Assembly (NCBI GenBank): GCA_050298595.1
Contig: JBNKUM010000008.1
Span: 160,001-224,000, forward strand
Direction of reading: 5' to 3'
Source of the DNA: Gammaproteobacteria bacterium
Lineage (GTDB): Bacteria; Pseudomonadota; Gammaproteobacteria; GCA-001735895
DNA length: 64,000 bases
Part shown: piece after piece, positions 41,126 to 52,659 of the stretch
Numbering within the stretch: the first letter of the stretch is position 1
Layout of the letters: each line of letters begins with the position of its first letter
Translations under genes and position numbers: made by a program
The notes under the pieces: model-generated
The model's input: the letters and a program-made list of their open reading frames with translations, nothing else
Told to the model about the DNA's origin: nothing
Database searches by the model: none

Positions 41126-42838
41126 ATGACAGCTTCTAATTTACCTCCATTAACCGGACTGGCACGAAAACTTGTGCAAGACCAGATCATTACACAGGAA
41201 GTTGCTTATGATGCGATCCGCCTTGCTCACGAAGAAAAGATCAGTTTTAACCGCTATTTAATCAATCACAATATCGTATCTCCGAATGTTATTGCTATGA
41301 CCTGTTCTATGGAATTTGGTCTACCTGTTTTTGACCTTTCATCTATGGATACAGAGCAGGCTCCCTTAACTTCTGTTGATGAAAAGCTTATAACAAAGCA
41401 CCACGCCGTACCGATATATAAGCGTGGAAATCGTTTATTTGTTGCTATTTCTGATCCCACCAACATGCAAGCCCTGGATGAATTCAAGTTTAATACAGGA
41501 TTATCCACCGAAGCTGTTTTAGTACTTGAAGATCAGCTGGATAAATTTCTCGAAAAAGTAATCTCCGCCATGGATACCGGCATGGAGGACATGCTAGATG
41601 ATGATCTCGGCAATCTCGATATAGAAGGCGAAGTAGAAGAAGAACAAGCTGCCCCGACTCGAAGTGACGCTGAAGATGCTCCAGTCGTCAAATATGTAAA
41701 TAAGATCCTGGTTGATGCTATTAACAAAGGTGCGTCTGACATTCATTTTGAACCTTACGAAAAGAGATATCGCGTACGATATCGTATAGACGGACTACTT
41801 TCTGAAGTTGCTTCTCCTCCGATTAATATTGCGGCTAAGCTTACCGCTCGCGTCAAAGTTATGTCTCGTATGGATATATCAGAACGCAGGATACCCCAGG
41901 ACGGCAGGATAAAATTAAAACTGTCAAAAAAAAGGGCCATAGACTTTCGCGTAAACACCCTGCCTACACTGTTCGGCGAAAAGATTGTATTGCGTATTCT
42001 TGACTCATCCAGTGCCAAATTAGGCATTGATGTTTTAGGTTATGAACCAGAACAAAAAGAACTGTACATGAATGCACTGGCCAATCCTTATGGCATGATA
42101 CTGGTCACTGGCCCAACCGGTAGTGGTAAAACAGTATCACTTTATACTGGTTTGAATATTTTGAACACCCCTGAAACCAATATCTCTACTGCCGAAGACC
42201 CAGCTGAGATCAACATGGAAGGGATCAATCAAGTCAACGTAAATACCAAGGTTGGACTTACCTTCGCTGAGGCCTTAAGGGCATTTCTGCGCCAGGATCC
42301 AGATGTGGTCATGGTGGGCGAGATACGTGACCTGGAAACAGCTGAAATAGCCATCAAGGCCGCTCAAACAGGACACCTGGTTTTATCAACCCTGCATACC
42401 AATGATGCGCCGCAGACCTTGACACGTTTAATGAATATGGGGGTTCCTCCATTCAATATTGCGACCTCAATTTCCCTGATCATAGCCCAAAGACTGGGAA
42501 GAAAACTTTGTGTACATTGTAAAAAGCCTGATGACCTTCCTCGAGAAGTTCTTCTAGAAGAAGGGTTTACAGAAGATGATCTTAATGAAAACTTCACTAT
42601 CTACAAATCAGTAGGTTGCGATCAATGCATCGGCGGATATAAAGGTCGAGTAGGGATTTATCAGGTCATGCCTGTTTCTGAAGAAATGGGAAGAATAATC
42701 ATGTCTGGTGGCAACTCGATAGATATAGCCGATCAGGCAAAAAAAGAAGGTGTAGACGACCTCAGAAGATCAGCCTTGAAAAAAATCAAACAAGGCATCA
42801 TAAGTCTAGAAGAAGCTAACCGGGTCACGAAGGATTAA
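41126..42838 (+). CDS. pilB: Type IV pilus assembly ATPase
   Basis: ASDIHFEP, GPTGSGKT, LRQDPD, CxxC pairs. Confidence 0.96.
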   Translation: MTASNLPPLTGLARKLVQDQIITQEVAYDAIRLAHEEKISFNRYLINHNIVSPNVIAMTCSMEFGLPVFDLSSMDTEQAPLTSVDEKLITKHHAVPIYKRGNRLFVAISDPTNMQALDEFKFNTGLSTEAVLVLEDQLDKFLEKVISAMDTGMEDMLDDDLGNLDIEGEVEEEQAAPTRSDAEDAPVVKYVNKILVDAINKGASDIHFEPYEKRYRVRYRIDGLLSEVASPPINIAAKLTARVKVMSRMDISERRIPQDGRIKLKLSKKRAIDFRVNTLPTLFGEKIVLRILDSSSAKLGIDVLGYEPEQKELYMNALANPYGMILVTGPTGSGKTVSLYTGLNILNTPETNISTAEDPAEINMEGINQVNVNTKVGLTFAEALRAFLRQDPDVVMVGEIRDLETAEIAIKAAQTGHLVLSTLHTNDAPQTLTRLMNMGVPPFNIATSISLIIAQRLGRKLCVHCKKPDDLPREVLLEEGFTEDDLNENFTIYKSVGCDQCIGGYKGRVGIYQVMPVSEEMGRIIMSGGNSIDIADQAKKEGVDDLRRSALKKIKQGIISLEEANRVTKD

Positions 42839-42844
42839 TATCAT

Positions 42845-44062
42845 ATGGCTAAAAAACCAGTAGAAAAGATTGAATTCCTGTATGAAGGTACAGATAGAAA
42901 CGGAAAAAAGCTAAAGGGCGATATATTTGCTTTAAATGAAGCTCTTGCAAAAGGCGAGTTACGTAAACAGGGAATCAATCCTTTACGCCTCAGAAAAAAA
43001 CCGAAGCCTCTCTTTGGTGGCACTCATAAAATACAGCCTGCCGATATTGCAGTATTCAGCCGACAAATGGCCACGATGATGTCGTCAGGCGTACCCCTGG
43101 TTCAATCTTTTGAAATTATTGGCCATGGCCACGAAAATCAGGCCATGCAAAAAATGATCATGGATATTAAATCCAATATTGAAGGTGGTTCAAGCTTTGC
43201 CAATTCACTAAAAAAATTCCCACTATATTTCGATCCGCTTTTTATCAATCTGGTGAATGCTGGAGAACAATCTGGGGCTTTGGAAACTATGCTTGACAAG
43301 CTAGCCATCTATAAGGAAAAAACAGAAGCGCTCAAGGCAAAAGTTAAGAAAGCGATGACTTATCCCATCTCAGTTTTAGTTGTAGCAGCAGTTGTTACTG
43401 CAATATTACTAATTTTCGTTGTACCCCAATTTCAGAATGTTTTTTCAAATTTTGGCGCTGAATTACCTGCCATGACACTATTTGTAATAGCTTTATCTGA
43501 ATTTATGCAGTCCTATTGGTGGGTATTTTTAGGTATGATAGGCATTGCATTTTGGGCATATAAACAGATGCATGCACGCTCAGCTAATTTCCGCAAAAGT
43601 GTTGATAAAATCACTCTTAAAATCCCCATTCTTGGACAAATTGTTAACAAATCTGCAATAGCTCGCTTTGCAAGAACCTTAGAGACCATGTCTGCAGCAG
43701 GTGTCCCTTTAGTCGAAGCGATGGATTCCGTTGCTGGGGCCACTGGAAATATTGTCTACTTTGAGGCCTGTTTAAAAATCAAGGATGAGATATCTGCAGG
43801 CACCCAGCTTCAAACTTCCATGAAATCATCTGGATTATTTCCAAATATGGTTATTCAAATGGTATCTATTGGTGAAGAAGCTGGATCACTAGATAATATG
43901 TTGGGTAAAGTTGCTGAGTTTTATGAAGCAGAGGTCGATAATTTAGTTGACAATTTAACTTCACTTATGGAACCTCTGATTATGTCAGTACTTGGTATCC
44001 TGATAGGTGGCTTGATCATAGCGATGTACCTGCCTATTTTTCAACTCGGACAAGTTGTTTAG
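42845..44062 (+). CDS. pilC: Type IV pilus inner-membrane platform protein
   Basis: FSRQMATMMSSGVPL, AGEQSG, IGEEAG, MYLPIF. Confidence 0.95.
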   Translation: MAKKPVEKIEFLYEGTDRNGKKLKGDIFALNEALAKGELRKQGINPLRLRKKPKPLFGGTHKIQPADIAVFSRQMATMMSSGVPLVQSFEIIGHGHENQAMQKMIMDIKSNIEGGSSFANSLKKFPLYFDPLFINLVNAGEQSGALETMLDKLAIYKEKTEALKAKVKKAMTYPISVLVVAAVVTAILLIFVVPQFQNVFSNFGAELPAMTLFVIALSEFMQSYWWVFLGMIGIAFWAYKQMHARSANFRKSVDKITLKIPILGQIVNKSAIARFARTLETMSAAGVPLVEAMDSVAGATGNIVYFEACLKIKDEISAGTQLQTSMKSSGLFPNMVIQMVSIGEEAGSLDNMLGKVAEFYEAEVDNLVDNLTSLMEPLIMSVLGILIGGLIIAMYLPIFQLGQVV

Positions 44063-44070
44063 TCAGACCA

Positions 44071-44946
44071 ATGGTTGTGTTTAACCAGACAATAGCTTTA
44101 TTCGAACAAATACCAATAGTTTTTTGTATTTTCGTTTTTATAATAGGACTATTAGTCGGCAGCTTCCTAAACGTTGTTATCTACCGTCTACCCAAAATAA
44201 TGCAACGCGAATGGCGTAGCGATTGCCTCGAATTCCTGGAGCAACCCGCTGAAGAGACACCCGAAACCTTCAACCTGATTCTTCCCCGTTCTCGCTGTGG
44301 TAACTGTGGACATCAGATTACAGCATGGGAAAACATCCCTATTTTTAGTTACCTGTTTCTGGGCGGTAAGTGCTCTTCCTGTAAAACCCATATCTCTATT
44401 CAATACCCTCTCATTGAATTATTCACTGGAATCATTAGTTTCCTCGTTGCATGGCATTTTGGCGTCACCCTGCAGACAGCTTTGGCTCTGATCCTCAGTT
44501 GGAGCCTGATTGCAGCCAGTGGTATTGATATAGGGCATAAGCTGTTACCTGATTCGATCACCTTGCCACTAATGTGGCTCGGTATTCTGCTTAGTTTCTT
44601 TAACATATTTGTCGACCTGGAAACCAGTATTATCGGAGCGATGGCGGGCTATATGAGTCTATGGTCGGTTTATATCGTGTTTAAAGTCATCACTGGCAAA
44701 GAAGGCATGGGTCATGGTGACTTTAAGTTACTTGCTATGCTTGGAGCCTGGATGGGCTGGAAGATGTTATTCGTTATCATCCTGACCTCTTCTCTCGTAG
44801 GAGCAACAGTTGGTCTTACGATGATCGCTCTTAAGAAAACATCTCGTGCGACTCAAATCCCATTTGGACCTTATTTAGCCGCTGCAGGCTGGATTAGCCT
44901 GCTGCATGGAGAACAGCTAAACCGCTTTTATTTCTCTTTCCTCTAA
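44071..44946 (+). CDS. pilD: Prepilin peptidase/N-methyltransferase
   Basis: GSFLNVVIYRLP, two CxxC, GMGHGDFKL, IPFGP. Confidence 0.96.
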   Translation: MVVFNQTIALFEQIPIVFCIFVFIIGLLVGSFLNVVIYRLPKIMQREWRSDCLEFLEQPAEETPETFNLILPRSRCGNCGHQITAWENIPIFSYLFLGGKCSSCKTHISIQYPLIELFTGIISFLVAWHFGVTLQTALALILSWSLIAASGIDIGHKLLPDSITLPLMWLGILLSFFNIFVDLETSIIGAMAGYMSLWSVYIVFKVITGKEGMGHGDFKLLAMLGAWMGWKMLFVIILTSSLVGATVGLTMIALKKTSRATQIPFGPYLAAAGWISLLHGEQLNRFYFSFL

Positions 44947-44947
44947 T

Positions 44948-45553
44948 ATGCTTAAGGTTGGATTATGCGGTGGAATAGCGTCTGGTAAATCAACTATTAG
45001 CCGACTATTTGAGTCGCTCGGTGTAGCAGTTATCGATACTGACACCATCAGTCATCATTTGATGCAGCCTGGTCAGCTTGCTTACCAGAAAACTCTGGAC
45101 AATTATGGGCATCAGATTTTACTAACTGATGCATCGATAAATCGAAAATTATTACGAGAAATAGTTTTCAACGATGCCAAGCAGAAACTCTGGCTTGAGA
45201 ACATGCTTCACCCTTTAATTCGGGAAGAAGCGTTAAGGTCAATGCAGATGGTGGTGAGTAGTCCCTACACGCTTATTGTAGTACCACTTATGTTTGAGTC
45301 TGGATTTGATTCTTTGGTAGATCACGTTATAGCAATCGACTGTCCAAGGGAGGTACAGATTTCCAGACTCATTAATCGTGATCGAATTAATACAACCCTT
45401 GCGAATAAAATACTCGATGCACAAATGGACAATGAACAAAGACTAAGCCGAGCAGATAGTGTCATTTTAAATAAGGATGATAGTGACCCCACAGAACGGG
45501 TAACAGAACTCCACCATGAGCTAACTCAGCTAAGTAATAATTTTATAACCTGA
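44948..45553 (+). CDS. coaE: Dephospho-CoA kinase
   Basis: GGIASGKST, HPLIR; conserved position after pilD. Confidence 0.94.
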   Translation: MLKVGLCGGIASGKSTISRLFESLGVAVIDTDTISHHLMQPGQLAYQKTLDNYGHQILLTDASINRKLLREIVFNDAKQKLWLENMLHPLIREEALRSMQMVVSSPYTLIVVPLMFESGFDSLVDHVIAIDCPREVQISRLINRDRINTTLANKILDAQMDNEQRLSRADSVILNKDDSDPTERVTELHHELTQLSNNFIT

Positions 45554-45610
45554 AACTGATGATTTGACTGTAATCAGTTATAATCTGAAAAAAATTTAAC
45601 TTTTATCCAC

Positions 45611-46387
45611 ATGCCTCAGAAAACCTATATTTTCGAACAACCTTTGAACGAAAGAATACGAATATTCCTTCGTATAGAGGCTTTGATACATAAGCTGGAT
45701 TTTTTTAAGGATCAGGATACTGATGCAGCGAGTCACCAGGCTCTGTTATCTATCCTTGAAATCACCGCCCTGGTTGAACGTGGCGACATAAAACAGGAAA
45801 TTTTGAAGGAGCTTGAGCGACAGCATAGAGCGCTCAAGCTACTTGCTAGCCACGATGGCGTGGATAAATCTCGACTGGAACTTACCTTAAGTAAGCTCAA
45901 GCATGCATTGAACGGCATTCATAGTATGGATGGGAAATTGGGTGAACACCTGAAAAAAATCGACTTTCTACTAACAGTCAAACAGCGTGCTTCAATACCT
46001 GGCGGTAGCTGTGATTTTGATCTGCCACAATTACGCTACTGGTTAAATCTGGAACACAAGATACGCCTGAATGATATCGATCGCTGGGCCTCTCCTTATT
46101 ATAAAATCCACGAAGTATTGATATTAATCCTGAATATCATTCGTGATAGTGCACATGCAGAACCAATCTGTGCTAACAATGGTTTTTTTCAGGAGCCATT
46201 AGATACATCACAACCCAATCAAATGCTGCGTATCGAGATGCCGATGGGCAGTGATATCTTTCCCGAAATCAGTGCAGGTAAACATCGCTATAGCATCAGG
46301 TTTTTACAGGCTCAAAAAACAGTTGACCAACTGCCTACTCAGTTTAAAGAAGATATTGAATTCACCTTATTCCGCTGTACGCTATAG
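45611..46387 (+). CDS. zapD: Cell division protein ZapD
   Basis: FEQPLNERIRIFLRIE, IPGGSCDFDLP, PEISAGKHRYSIRF. Confidence 0.93.
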   Translation: MPQKTYIFEQPLNERIRIFLRIEALIHKLDFFKDQDTDAASHQALLSILEITALVERGDIKQEILKELERQHRALKLLASHDGVDKSRLELTLSKLKHALNGIHSMDGKLGEHLKKIDFLLTVKQRASIPGGSCDFDLPQLRYWLNLEHKIRLNDIDRWASPYYKIHEVLILILNIIRDSAHAEPICANNGFFQEPLDTSQPNQMLRIEMPMGSDIFPEISAGKHRYSIRFLQAQKTVDQLPTQFKEDIEFTLFRCTL

Positions 46388-46391
46388 GTTC

Positions 46392-46668
46392 AACCTGGAA
46401 TCCGCATTGAAGTGTGCGCTTGAGGTAGTGTAGATCAAGGCGTGACGACGCGTAATAGAGGGATATTCCAGGACGTTACAAGGCTTCCGCGTCCTGCTCA
46501 CGCCCCTTACCTATGTCCCTATAGGCAACGCGGAGATACGCCTCCTCAAACCTGCAATTCAGCTCGTAGCGGGACTCACCTGCTGGGTAAACATATAAAT
46601 CAACTGTAATGGTCTATGAAACAGCGGGGTACCCTCTGAAGTGAGCGGTCAACTGCGGAATCCAGGTT
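46392..46668. mobile_element. MITE-like non-coding element with terminal inverted repeats
   Basis: AACCTGGAATCCGCA ... TGCGGAATCCAGGTT (15 bp, 1 mismatch); GC-richer interior with nested imperfect IRs; fills the gap between convergent genes. Confidence 0.65.
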
Positions 46669-47657
46669 TATGCACTCCAGAAATCACTGATACCGGCCAC
46701 GCCAACTGCTCCCTGAAAACTAGCTACACAATAATCCTGGCGCTTGACTCCACCCAGGGCATAGATTGGCAAACTTGACCTGGTGGCTAATCGGTTGAAG
46801 CCATACCAGCCTTTAGCTCTACGACCAGGATGACTAGTCGTTTCTCTCACCATCGAAAGCATGGCAAATTTACACTCGAAGCGTTCAGCCAGTTTTAGTT
46901 CCGTCAGATCGTGGCAGGATGCTGATAATACGATACTGTCATCATAGGGTCTGGCTATTAATGAGCTCAACAGGTTGGAGTTAAGATGACGATACCTGAA
47001 GGAGTCAAAGAGTTTGTGCTTCAAGCTTTTTAAATTGCTACGGTGAATAATAATATTGCTTTTATGAGGTTTAGATATTTGCGCCATCTGCTGGGCAATT
47101 TCGGCGTATTGTTTATCTTCCAGTTGAGGGGATCTAAATAACACCAGATCATAAGGGTGGCTATCCATCACCCGCTCAAATTGCTGTAAAAAAGAATCCT
47201 CATGCTGCAGAGAAACATCTGGAGTAATCAAAAGCTGCGGAGGTAAATCCAGTGCTTTTAAAACAGGAATATCGGCTTCTGGAAACTCATAATTTTTTAG
47301 CTCAGAAATGGAGACCCACTGGCAATTCTGATTCTCTCGTCCATGTGCCTGACCCGAATAAGATTTAACCTGCCAGACATCCAGTAAAATCGATTTATCT
47401 GGGTAACGATGATGAACAGATTGAAACGGTTGAGCGGAATAGACCTCTATCCCAACCTCTTCAAATAATTCCCGCTTTAATGCATGGAAAGGCGACTCAC
47501 CTTTTTCAACCTTACCGCCGGGAAACTCCCAAAGGTTCTCCAGATGCTGGCCGCTTTTACGCTGAGTTATAAATATTTTATCGACTTCATCAGGGTGCCT
47601 GATGAGCGCAGCAACCACATGGATTAGATAATTTTCTTCAGGACCGGTATTCGGCAT
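46668..47657 (-). CDS. mutT: 8-oxo-dGTP diphosphatase MutT fused to a thiamine-phosphate-synthase-like domain
   Basis: Nudix box WEFPGGKVEKGE...RELFEEVG; C-terminal ASCH, TTSHPG, PIYALGG. Confidence 0.88.
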   Translation of the reverse strand: MPNTGPEENYLIHVVAALIRHPDEVDKIFITQRKSGQHLENLWEFPGGKVEKGESPFHALKRELFEEVGIEVYSAQPFQSVHHRYPDKSILLDVWQVKSYSGQAHGRENQNCQWVSISELKNYEFPEADIPVLKALDLPPQLLITPDVSLQHEDSFLQQFERVMDSHPYDLVLFRSPQLEDKQYAEIAQQMAQISKPHKSNIIIHRSNLKSLKHKLFDSFRYRHLNSNLLSSLIARPYDDSIVLSASCHDLTELKLAERFECKFAMLSMVRETTSHPGRRAKGWYGFNRLATRSSLPIYALGGVKRQDYCVASFQGAVGVAGISDFWSA

Positions 47658-48849
47658 TGATCTTGACGTATTCGAAGCTTAAATCGGTGGTCCAGATTTT
47701 AACGGCCTCAGTACCCACATTTAAATCTACCCGAATCACTATATCCTGTTGAGACATTTCCTTTTGCCCTTTAGCCTCAGTATATTCTGGATCGGGCAAT
47801 CCTCCTTTAATCAGACAGGTCTGGCCAATATACAGATCGACCTTATCGATGATTAAATTTTCGACCGGAGCTCGCCCTATGGCTGCCAGAATACGTCCCC
47901 AATTAGCATCAGATGCAAATAGCGCTGTTTTAACCAGAGGTGAATGCGCAATGGTATAAGCGAGTTCACAAGCATCTTTGGTTGAAGCCGCAGAGTTAAC
48001 TGCGATTTCGATGAATTTGGTTGCCCCTTCTCCATCGCGAATAATCGATTGAGCCAGTATTTTAAAAACATTGTTCAATGCTTCAACAAAAGCCTGCTGA
48101 CCAGCATCAATTTTAATACCGCTAGCACCACTGGCAATCAACACACAGGCATCATTAGTTGATGTATCCCCGTCCACTGTGATCGCATTAAACGATTGAT
48201 CAACGGCCTTTTTGAGTAAATCGGGTAAGGTTCCAGAATCAATTTCAGCATCAGTAGCAACATAAGCCAGCATAGTAGCCATATCGGGCTTTATCATGCC
48301 TGATCCTTTACAGATACCGCTGATCGTCACCGTCTTACCATCAAGAGTCACCTGACGGCTCACCGCTTTAGGCAAGGTGTCGGTAGTCATTATCCCTTTA
48401 GCAGCCTGTATCCAGTTATCCCGGTCCAGATTAGCCAGTAATTCGGGTATAGCAGCCTGGATCTTGTTCACGGCTAATTGCTGACCAATAACGCCAGTTG
48501 AAAAAGGTAAAACCTGATCAGTTTGTGAACCAGTCTGTTGTGCTACAGCTGCACAACTCTGTTCGGCGCTCGCTATACCCTGATCACCAGTGCCTGCATT
48601 TGCATTGCCTGAATTAATCACTAAATAGCGGATTTTTGAGCTGGATTGCATATGCTGCCTGGCCACTGTAACGGGTGCAGCACAGAATTTATTTGTGGTG
48701 AAAACAGCTGCAATATTGGCTGCTTGATCAATTTCAATAAGAACCAGATCATCCCGATCTGATTTTGCTTTGATACCACTATAACAACTTGCCAGCCGAA
48801 CACCCTCGACGGGTAAAATAGATTCAGGAACAGAGAGTCCTACTGCCAT
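47638..48849 (-). CDS. argJ: Ornithine acetyltransferase ArgJ
   Basis: NSGNANAGTG, KGSGMIKPDMATML, DGDTSTND, DGEGATK. Confidence 0.96.
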   Translation of the reverse strand: MAVGLSVPESILPVEGVRLASCYSGIKAKSDRDDLVLIEIDQAANIAAVFTTNKFCAAPVTVARQHMQSSSKIRYLVINSGNANAGTGDQGIASAEQSCAAVAQQTGSQTDQVLPFSTGVIGQQLAVNKIQAAIPELLANLDRDNWIQAAKGIMTTDTLPKAVSRQVTLDGKTVTISGICKGSGMIKPDMATMLAYVATDAEIDSGTLPDLLKKAVDQSFNAITVDGDTSTNDACVLIASGASGIKIDAGQQAFVEALNNVFKILAQSIIRDGEGATKFIEIAVNSAASTKDACELAYTIAHSPLVKTALFASDANWGRILAAIGRAPVENLIIDKVDLYIGQTCLIKGGLPDPEYTEAKGQKEMSQQDIVIRVDLNVGTEAVKIWTTDLSFEYVKINAEYRS

Positions 48850-48864
48850 TTTTTATACCTGCTA

Positions 48865-51561
48865 TTAGTTTAGTTTGCCATGGCATTGTTTAAATTTCTT
48901 ACCTGAGCCACACCAGCAGGGTTCATTTCGCCCCATCTTACGCTCCTGACGGACATAGGGCTGGTGATGCTCTTCCTGAACTGGAGAACTGGACAGGACA
49001 TTCTCTGCTTCGTCGTGTTGCATACGTATTGAGTCATCTTCTTTTCGGCTCTGTTCAAGTGCCTCTACCTGCTCTTCACTCTGAACCTGGATACGAGTCA
49101 GGATAGTAATAGCTTCAGCCTTGATACCGTCCAGCATATTAGAAAACATTTCGAAAGATTCACGTTTGAATTCCTGGATAGGATTCTTTTGGGCATATCC
49201 ACGCAAGCCAATACCCTGGCGTAAATAATCCATTGCAGCAAGATGCTCTTTCCAATGACGGTCGAGTACCATCAACATAATTTCTTTCTCATAACGGCGT
49301 GCGATATCCGCGCCAACCATTTCAACCTTGGCTTGATATGCCTGCTCAAAGTGTTCAATGATCTTATCCAGAATAAGTTCATCATGCAGATGATCATCTT
49401 CATCGATCCATTGCTGAATGGGTAAGTCTTCTCCAAACTCATTGGCAAGTGATGCAGTCAATCCTTCAATATCCCACTGTTCATCAACACTATTTAGCGG
49501 AACAAACATTCTAAAATGATTCCCCAGAACATCCTGACGCATTTCCAGGATTGCCTGCTCGATGCTATCAGCTTTCAGTAAATCGTCACGCTGTTGGTAG
49601 ATAACCTTACGCTGTTCATTGGCAACATCGTCATATTCCAGCAAATGCTTACGAATATCGAAGTTATGTGCTTCTACCTTACGTTGAGCATTTTCTATCG
49701 CCTTTGTAACCCAGGGGTGCTCAATAGCTTCACCTTTCTCCATGCCCAGTTTCTGCATCAATCCGGCTACTTTTTCAGAAGCGAAGATACGCATTAGAGT
49801 ATCTTCCATAGATAAATAAAACCGAGAAGAACCCGCATCGCCCTGTCGTCCTGCACGACCTCTTAGCTGATTATCAATTCGGCGAGACTCGTGCCTCTCG
49901 GTACCGATGATATGTAAACCACCCGCATCCAGAACCTGTTGATGACGACTTTCCCACTCTGCATGAAAAGCTTCGCGCTTCTCTGTTTGATCTTCAGGAA
50001 TAGCCTGCAAATGGACTTCATAGTTACCACCCAACACGATATCAGTGCCTCGGCCAGCCATATTAGTCGCAATAGTTACCGCACCCGGCAAGCCCGCGTC
50101 AGCGATGACTCCAGCTTCTCTCTCATGTTGTTTGGCGTTTAGTGTCTGATGCTTGATCTTTTCCTTGCTTAACAGGCCTGATAGATATTCTGAGATTTCG
50201 ACGGAGGTTGTACCAACCAGTACAGGCTGGCGTCGTTTAACACAATCTTGAATATCTTCGATAATGGCCTGATATTTTTCTTCTGCGGTCAGATATATTA
50301 AATCACCGCGATCATCCCGAACCATGGGTTTATTGGTAGGTACTACAACTACCTCAAGACCATAAATCTGCTGGAATTCAAAGGCTTCTGTATCAGCCGT
50401 ACCGGTCATACCTGACAGCTTTTTATATAGTCTAAAATAATTCTGGAAGGTTATAGAAGCTATTGTCTGATTTTCATGCTGAATCCTGACACCTTCTTTA
50501 GCTTCTATCGCCTGATGTAAGCCCTCCGACCAGCGTCGTCCTGGCATAGTACGTCCTGTGAACTCATCAACGATGACTACCTGATCATCCTGTATGATAT
50601 AGTCCACATCCTTCTGATAAATAGCATGTGCGCGCATCGCTGCGTTCATGTGGTGTACCAGAGGAATATTGCTTGCATCGTAAAGGCTTTCACCTTCATT
50701 TAATAAGCCAGCCTGTACCAGCAGGTTCTCAGCACTTTCATGGCCATCCTCGGTTAGAAATACCTGTTTGCTTTTTTCGTCTACGGTATAGTCACCCGGC
50801 CCATCTTCCTCTTCAACTTTCGTTAACTTAGGAATAAGCACGTTGATTTTGGTGTACAACTCAGAACTGTCACTAGCCTGGCCAGAGATAATTAAAGGGG
50901 TACGAGCCTCATCAATAAGAATTGAATCGACTTCATCCACGATGGCGAAATTGAGTTTACGTTGCACCCGCTCTTCCAGTGAGAAGCTCAGGTTGTCATG
51001 CATATAGTCAAAACCAAACTGGTTATTGGTACCATAAGTGATATCAGCTGCATATGCGGAGCGTTTCGCATCGTAATCCATGGTGCTTAATACGACACCT
51101 ACGCTTAAGCCGAGGAAGTTATACAACTTGCCCATCCACTTACTATCACGTTCTGCCAGATAATCATTAACAGTTACAACATGCACACCGTCGCCACTCA
51201 AAGCATTTAAATAAGCGGCAAGTGTCGCTACCAGAGTTTTACCTTCACCAGTACGCATCTCTGTAATTTGATTATTATTCAGAATCATGCCACCGATTAA
51301 CTGGACATCATAATGACGCATTCCCAGTACACGCGAAGAAGCTTCCCGACAGACAGCAAAGGCTTCAACCAGAAGTTGATCAATAGTTTCGCCTTCCTGA
51401 TAGCGTTGTTTGAACTCATCTGTTTTGCGGGCTAACTGCTCATCTGAAAGCGACTGAATCTCAGGCTCCAGTGCATTAATTGCAGAAACGGTTTGTCTGA
51501 ATGACTTGATGATTCGGTCATTTCGACTACCGAATATTTTTCTGAATACTTTTGACAACAT
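48865..51561 (-). CDS. secA: Preprotein translocase ATPase SecA
   Basis: [28 protein letters not shown]-terminal SEC-C motif. Confidence 0.98.
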   Translation of the reverse strand: MLSKVFRKIFGSRNDRIIKSFRQTVSAINALEPEIQSLSDEQLARKTDEFKQRYQEGETIDQLLVEAFAVCREASSRVLGMRHYDVQLIGGMILNNNQITEMRTGEGKTLVATLAAYLNALSGDGVHVVTVNDYLAERDSKWMGKLYNFLGLSVGVVLSTMDYDAKRSAYAADITYGTNNQFGFDYMHDNLSFSLEERVQRKLNFAIVDEVDSILIDEARTPLIISGQASDSSELYTKINVLIPKLTKVEEEDGPGDYTVDEKSKQVFLTEDGHESAENLLVQAGLLNEGESLYDASNIPLVHHMNAAMRAHAIYQKDVDYIIQDDQVVIVDEFTGRTMPGRRWSEGLHQAIEAKEGVRIQHENQTIASITFQNYFRLYKKLSGMTGTADTEAFEFQQIYGLEVVVVPTNKPMVRDDRGDLIYLTAEEKYQAIIEDIQDCVKRRQPVLVGTTSVEISEYLSGLLSKEKIKHQTLNAKQHEREAGVIADAGLPGAVTIATNMAGRGTDIVLGGNYEVHLQAIPEDQTEKREAFHAEWESRHQQVLDAGGLHIIGTERHESRRIDNQLRGRAGRQGDAGSSRFYLSMEDTLMRIFASEKVAGLMQKLGMEKGEAIEHPWVTKAIENAQRKVEAHNFDIRKHLLEYDDVANEQRKVIYQQRDDLLKADSIEQAILEMRQDVLGNHFRMFVPLNSVDEQWDIEGLTASLANEFGEDLPIQQWIDEDDHLHDELILDKIIEHFEQAYQAKVEMVGADIARRYEKEIMLMVLDRHWKEHLAAMDYLRQGIGLRGYAQKNPIQEFKRESFEMFSNMLDGIKAEAITILTRIQVQSEEQVEALEQSRKEDDSIRMQHDEAENVLSSSPVQEEHHQPYVRQERKMGRNEPCWCGSGKKFKQCHGKLN

Positions 51562-51727
51562 GAGATTTAGATCGCGATTTGAATGAGTTATGAATTTGAT
51601 GCTGAATTAGCGCTGACTTATAAATATAAGCGACAGATTATAATTCAAGGGGGATAAGACAGATATTGCAAAATACAATGGATTTAAAAAACCTCTCCTT
51701 AGTACAGAGTTTTTATCAAACTGCCTG

Positions 51728-52642
51728 TTATTTTCCAGCATTAATGAATTTCATAGGGTTAACCTGAACCCCATCTTTTAATACTTCAAAATGTACATGT
51801 GGGCCTGTTGAACGACCTGATGTACCAATTTCTGCGATTTGAAAACCCTTTTCAACTGTATCACCTACTGATACCAGCAACTTTGAGTTATGACCATAGC
51901 GAGTAGTGTAACCATTTCCATGATTGATATCGATAACATTGCCATAACCGTAGCGAGTACCCGCAAATGTAACCACCCCTTTTGCTACAGCGATTACAGA
52001 GCCACCCATCTGGCCAGCAAAATCAATCCCTTTATGCCTTTCTTTTTTTCCAGAAATTGGATGTGTACGCATACCAAAATAAGAGGAAAGCCACCCATTA
52101 GTGATTGGGCGTCCGCTAGGTTGAACCTCACTCATCAAGTTACGGTTCATAAGCAAATCTTCGAGCACCATAAGCTGATTTTCGCGATTATCCAGGCTTG
52201 CTGAAAGTTGATCTATGGCCCGATGTAATTCAGAGCTATCAACCGTTGTTTGAAACGCTGACTCAGGACCACCAATAGCTGGAGTTTGATCAAAATCAAA
52301 CTCACCCTTATCGATCTTTGCCATATGGATTAATTTTTGACCCAGTGCATCCAGACGATTCACATGTGCCTGCATTAGACCAAGACGGGATGAAAGCACT
52401 TCGATACTGGCATCAGACTCTTGCTTAAGGGCTTCGAGGTCAGTTTTTTGTTTATGAATTGAAGTTTTCCATTCAGCCAGGTTCACTGCATTCTCAGGAA
52501 CCTGCCCCAACCAGTAGCCAAAATACCCCACACCAGCAGTTATAGTTAGCAGAATAAAAATTAGAAACAGATAATGAAAAGGCTTACTTAAGCCTAAATT
52601 AAACAAGGTGCCCTTATTAGAAGAGAGGAAGATTATATTCAT
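51728..52642 (-). CDS. M23 family metallopeptidase
   Basis: TM helix plus coiled coil; HKGIDF, YGH, STGPHVHFE; usual position upstream of secA. Confidence 0.9.
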   Translation of the reverse strand: MNIIFLSSNKGTLFNLGLSKPFHYLFLIFILLTITAGVGYFGYWLGQVPENAVNLAEWKTSIHKQKTDLEALKQESDASIEVLSSRLGLMQAHVNRLDALGQKLIHMAKIDKGEFDFDQTPAIGGPESAFQTTVDSSELHRAIDQLSASLDNRENQLMVLEDLLMNRNLMSEVQPSGRPITNGWLSSYFGMRTHPISGKKERHKGIDFAGQMGGSVIAVAKGVVTFAGTRYGYGNVIDINHGNGYTTRYGHNSKLLVSVGDTVEKGFQIAEIGTSGRSTGPHVHFEVLKDGVQVNPMKFINAGK

Positions 52643-52659
52643 CGACTCTTCAACTCCCG

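Noticed and set aside
46668-47657. MutT-ThiE-like fusion as a novelty
   Set aside because: This fusion downstream of secA-argJ is a known arrangement in Gamma- and Betaproteobacteria.
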